Of a stretch of 64,000 nt of DNA, positions 61,413-64,000 are shown one piece after another. The stretch spans positions 151,871 to 215,870 of the IMG/VR virus record IMGVR_UViG_3300018891_000001; one strand, written 5' to 3'. The notes beneath the pieces are model-generated. The model was not told the DNA's origin. It was given only the letters and a program-made list of their open reading frames with translations, and made no database searches. How positions within the stretch are numbered: the first letter of the stretch is position 1; every line of letters begins with the position of its first letter. A program made the position numbers and the translations under genes.

Positions 61413-61778
61413 TTAGTTTGTTTCTTTTTGTTCCATCATCTGAGCTAATTCTACAAGAGGATGAATATATGTATGAATACCCTCTTGTAGCGGCTGAACA
61501 GAAAAATATTCACCAAACTGTTTGACTTGACGATCCAGCCATTCTTGATAATTAGAAGGATTTACTTATTCTCCTGTAACCTCTTTCAAGAAAGGAAATT
61601 GTTCAAGTAAGAAAGGAGCACACTCTTTTGTTGCCCTTTGTAACTGATGTGTAAACAGATTATCATTGGTCATATAATTGAGAATACCATATACTCCTTC
61701 CATTCCTCGTGGAGATACCAATTTTCGTGTAGTAATGGTTAATATATCACCCAAATGAAATTCTCTCATTATTGGCAT
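61413..61778 (-). pseudogene. Hypothetical gene interrupted by one in-frame TAA (61566-61568)
   Basis: The same frame continues for 50 protein-like codons after the stop. Confidence 0.6.
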
Positions 61779-62065
61779 CCTTTCTTTTAATTAAAAGATG
61801 AAAGAGCCTAGAATAAATCCAACTAAGAAAGCAATAAAAATATGTACAACTTCTTTTAATATAGCTCCAAGAATCTTTGCATAAAAAACAGGCCCAAACA
61901 TGAAATAGCCTCCTTTAATTCCAAAAAACGTGTTCACGAATATGCTTACCGTTCCGATTGCCGCCGATCGAATAACGGGGCTGTTTATACATAAAACCCC
62001 ACTTACTGCGATCTTGTCTCAAACGGCGTTCAACAGAACGTCGCAAATGAAAATAGTGAGCATTT

Positions 62066-64000
62066 CTAACCTTCTTTCCTTTCCAGGTTGGCATTTGTAT
62101 CACCTCCAGCATTTAACCAATCATCTTTATTGCTAATTGCTAGACAAAATGTACACTTAAACCATTTAGCATCAAGCTCCTCAATCGAAGATTCAACATT
62201 AAAACAATTGTTCTCTCCGCATTTTGGACATGGTTTGCTCACGGTTTTTATTCTCCCTCCAAACATTGCAGCAACCTCAAGCCATTGGTTGAAATGTCTT
62301 ATATCTTTGGAGGATAATTCTATAAACACTTCTCTATCCTCAAGAATACAACGAATTTCCACATTTCCTCTTTCATTTAAAGTATGTGTCCAATATTTGA
62401 CATACTCTTTTGTCTTTTTCAAGACCTCACTTCCTTTATCATCTATATTCAATTCGAGGATAGTCCTCTGATGATTGTTCCATATGACCACAATTATTGC
62501 ACACATAGGTGTAAATGGTCGGATTTGCAGAATGAATTTTTGCTGATTTGATCATGGGATAATGAATATTGCATCGATCACAAACCGCATACACCTCTAC
62601 CGGTTTTACTTTTCTAGTGCACACTTTCATTTTAGTTGAGCCTCACTTTTTATAGGTCAATATTAAATAATTTACGAATCTTAAAAACCTTTACACTATT
62701 AGGACAATCATCTTTGATGATTTCTTCAACTTGCTTAGCCCAATATTTTGAGCAATCATCAAAAGCTTCTCTTCGGGCATTGCTGGCTACTTTATTTTTA
62801 AGCTCTGCAATAGCTTGATATATTACTTCTTCGGCATTATCATAATTCAAAACAATTTGCTTACCCATAAAAATCTCCCCTTTTATTAAAAAATCATTAA
62901 AATCGCATGATGCCTGCGTATGGTCTGCCTACTACGCATTATTTTTTGCACTACGCATTAGCACTTTCTTCATCTGCATTAACTAGTTCCATTATTTTGT
63001 GAGCTTTTTTCCACTTCTTTTGTTTGAACAACTTTTTTACCGTGATAAATTTTTCTAATCACTAAACCTAAACAAACACTACCAATAAAGACGATTCCTA
63101 GCCATACAAAATCTATGGTTTCTAGCAAGCATATCCCCTCTTCGCTACACATTTCGTGTCGTATCTGAAACGTACTGTTCAACAAATCTATCTAATCTTC
63201 TTGATGGATATAATCCGAAGAAATTTCAACAAACGTAATTTCATCAAGTTGGATAGTCGCTCTGTCCTCAACGCTGTCGAACCCTACAACCAATCCTTCT
63301 TTTCCTTTAAGAATTCCTTCTGTTATTACACCTTTTTGATTAACGCATAAAGGTTTCATATTTTTTCGCCCCCTGCACAATATGTGTCTGACGCTTAGTA
63401 TCTTCGGAATGTGTATTAACTTCTTTTTCTGTAAAATCTAAATCCACCTAAATGGTCGTGTATACCCATAGGCTGTCCATCGTCGTCGATTATTCCTTTA
63501 AACCCTCTTGGAGGGTAACACTCAACCACAAGATAATATTTACCTTTGGTTGTCCATGGTGTATCTTCTAAACACAATGCTATATCCCCGACCTGCGATT
63601 CTTTGTTTGTTTTCACATACAATTCACCTTTGTAGCTTATTACAAAAGGGAATATCTTTTTTACTTCCATAACCTCACCTCGTTATGTCGCATTATGTGT
63701 CGTATCTCGAAACGAACTATTCACTTTATACAAAAGTGAAATTTTATCCAACCCACAGGAATTTTTCACGATTCCAAAAATCATCATGATTACTTGTTAC
63801 CATATCGCCCATATCATATAATTGCTCTAAATAATTGTTAAGCGCTTCGCACCAATTACTATATTCAAATTCAGATGAATCAATATTCTTTTCAATCATA
63901 TCTTTAACCCACTCAAAATCTTCAATTAGATTTTCAAACTCTTGTAAATCATAATCATCTAACTTATTATATCTTCTTCGCTGTTCCTTTTCTAAAACCC
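62066..64000 (-). other. Array of short hypothetical genes, several with Zn ribbons; the last is truncated by the window edge
   Basis: ORFs 62066-~62430, 62439-62630, 62650-62868, 63192-63359, 63416-63670, 63744->64000. Confidence 0.5.

Noticed and set aside
9651-63350. Numerous + strand ORFs opposite - strand genes (e.g. 20135-20539, 35544-35900, 57079-57324, 62088-62471)
   Set aside because: Antisense shadows of well-supported genes, without SD or motifs
1-64000. tRNA, rRNA, integrase, transposase or virion genes
   Set aside because: None recognised by eye in this window

Overview
AT-rich, densely coded segment of a large extrachromosomal element (phage-plasmid or large plasmid) of a spore-forming Bacillaceae host. 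No virion genes lie in this window, so phage versus plasmid cannot be settled. 1-7 kb (+ strand): phosphoesterase, guanylate kinase, a pilin-like/VirB6-like/FtsK-SpoIIIE module and an HTH Rep with a predicted antisense-RNA attenuator upstream and iterons plus DnaA boxes downstream. 7.4-64 kb (almost all - strand): replication, recombination and accessory genes, including DnaN, DnaG, PcrA/UvrD, RecA, SSB, RecD-like and SF2 helicases, ThyX, an N6-MTase, a PAPS-reductase-like protein, Doc/Fic, a Ycf46-AAA/DUF1257/DUF2997/radical-SAM module and an E1-E2-Ubl (PRTRC-like) cassette; a SASP lies on the + strand. Not shown by the ORF track: two group I introns splitting helicase motifs (one with a LAGLIDADG gene in the P1 loop, one with an antisense HEG relic), a predicted -1 frameshift making a 3D-domain protein, a recurrent palindromic operator, an oriented CCCTCCGGG leader motif before seven genes, and three long G-U-stabilised intergenic RNA helices enclosing variable anti-SD-bearing loops. 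All family calls come from motif recognition by eye, not database searches.
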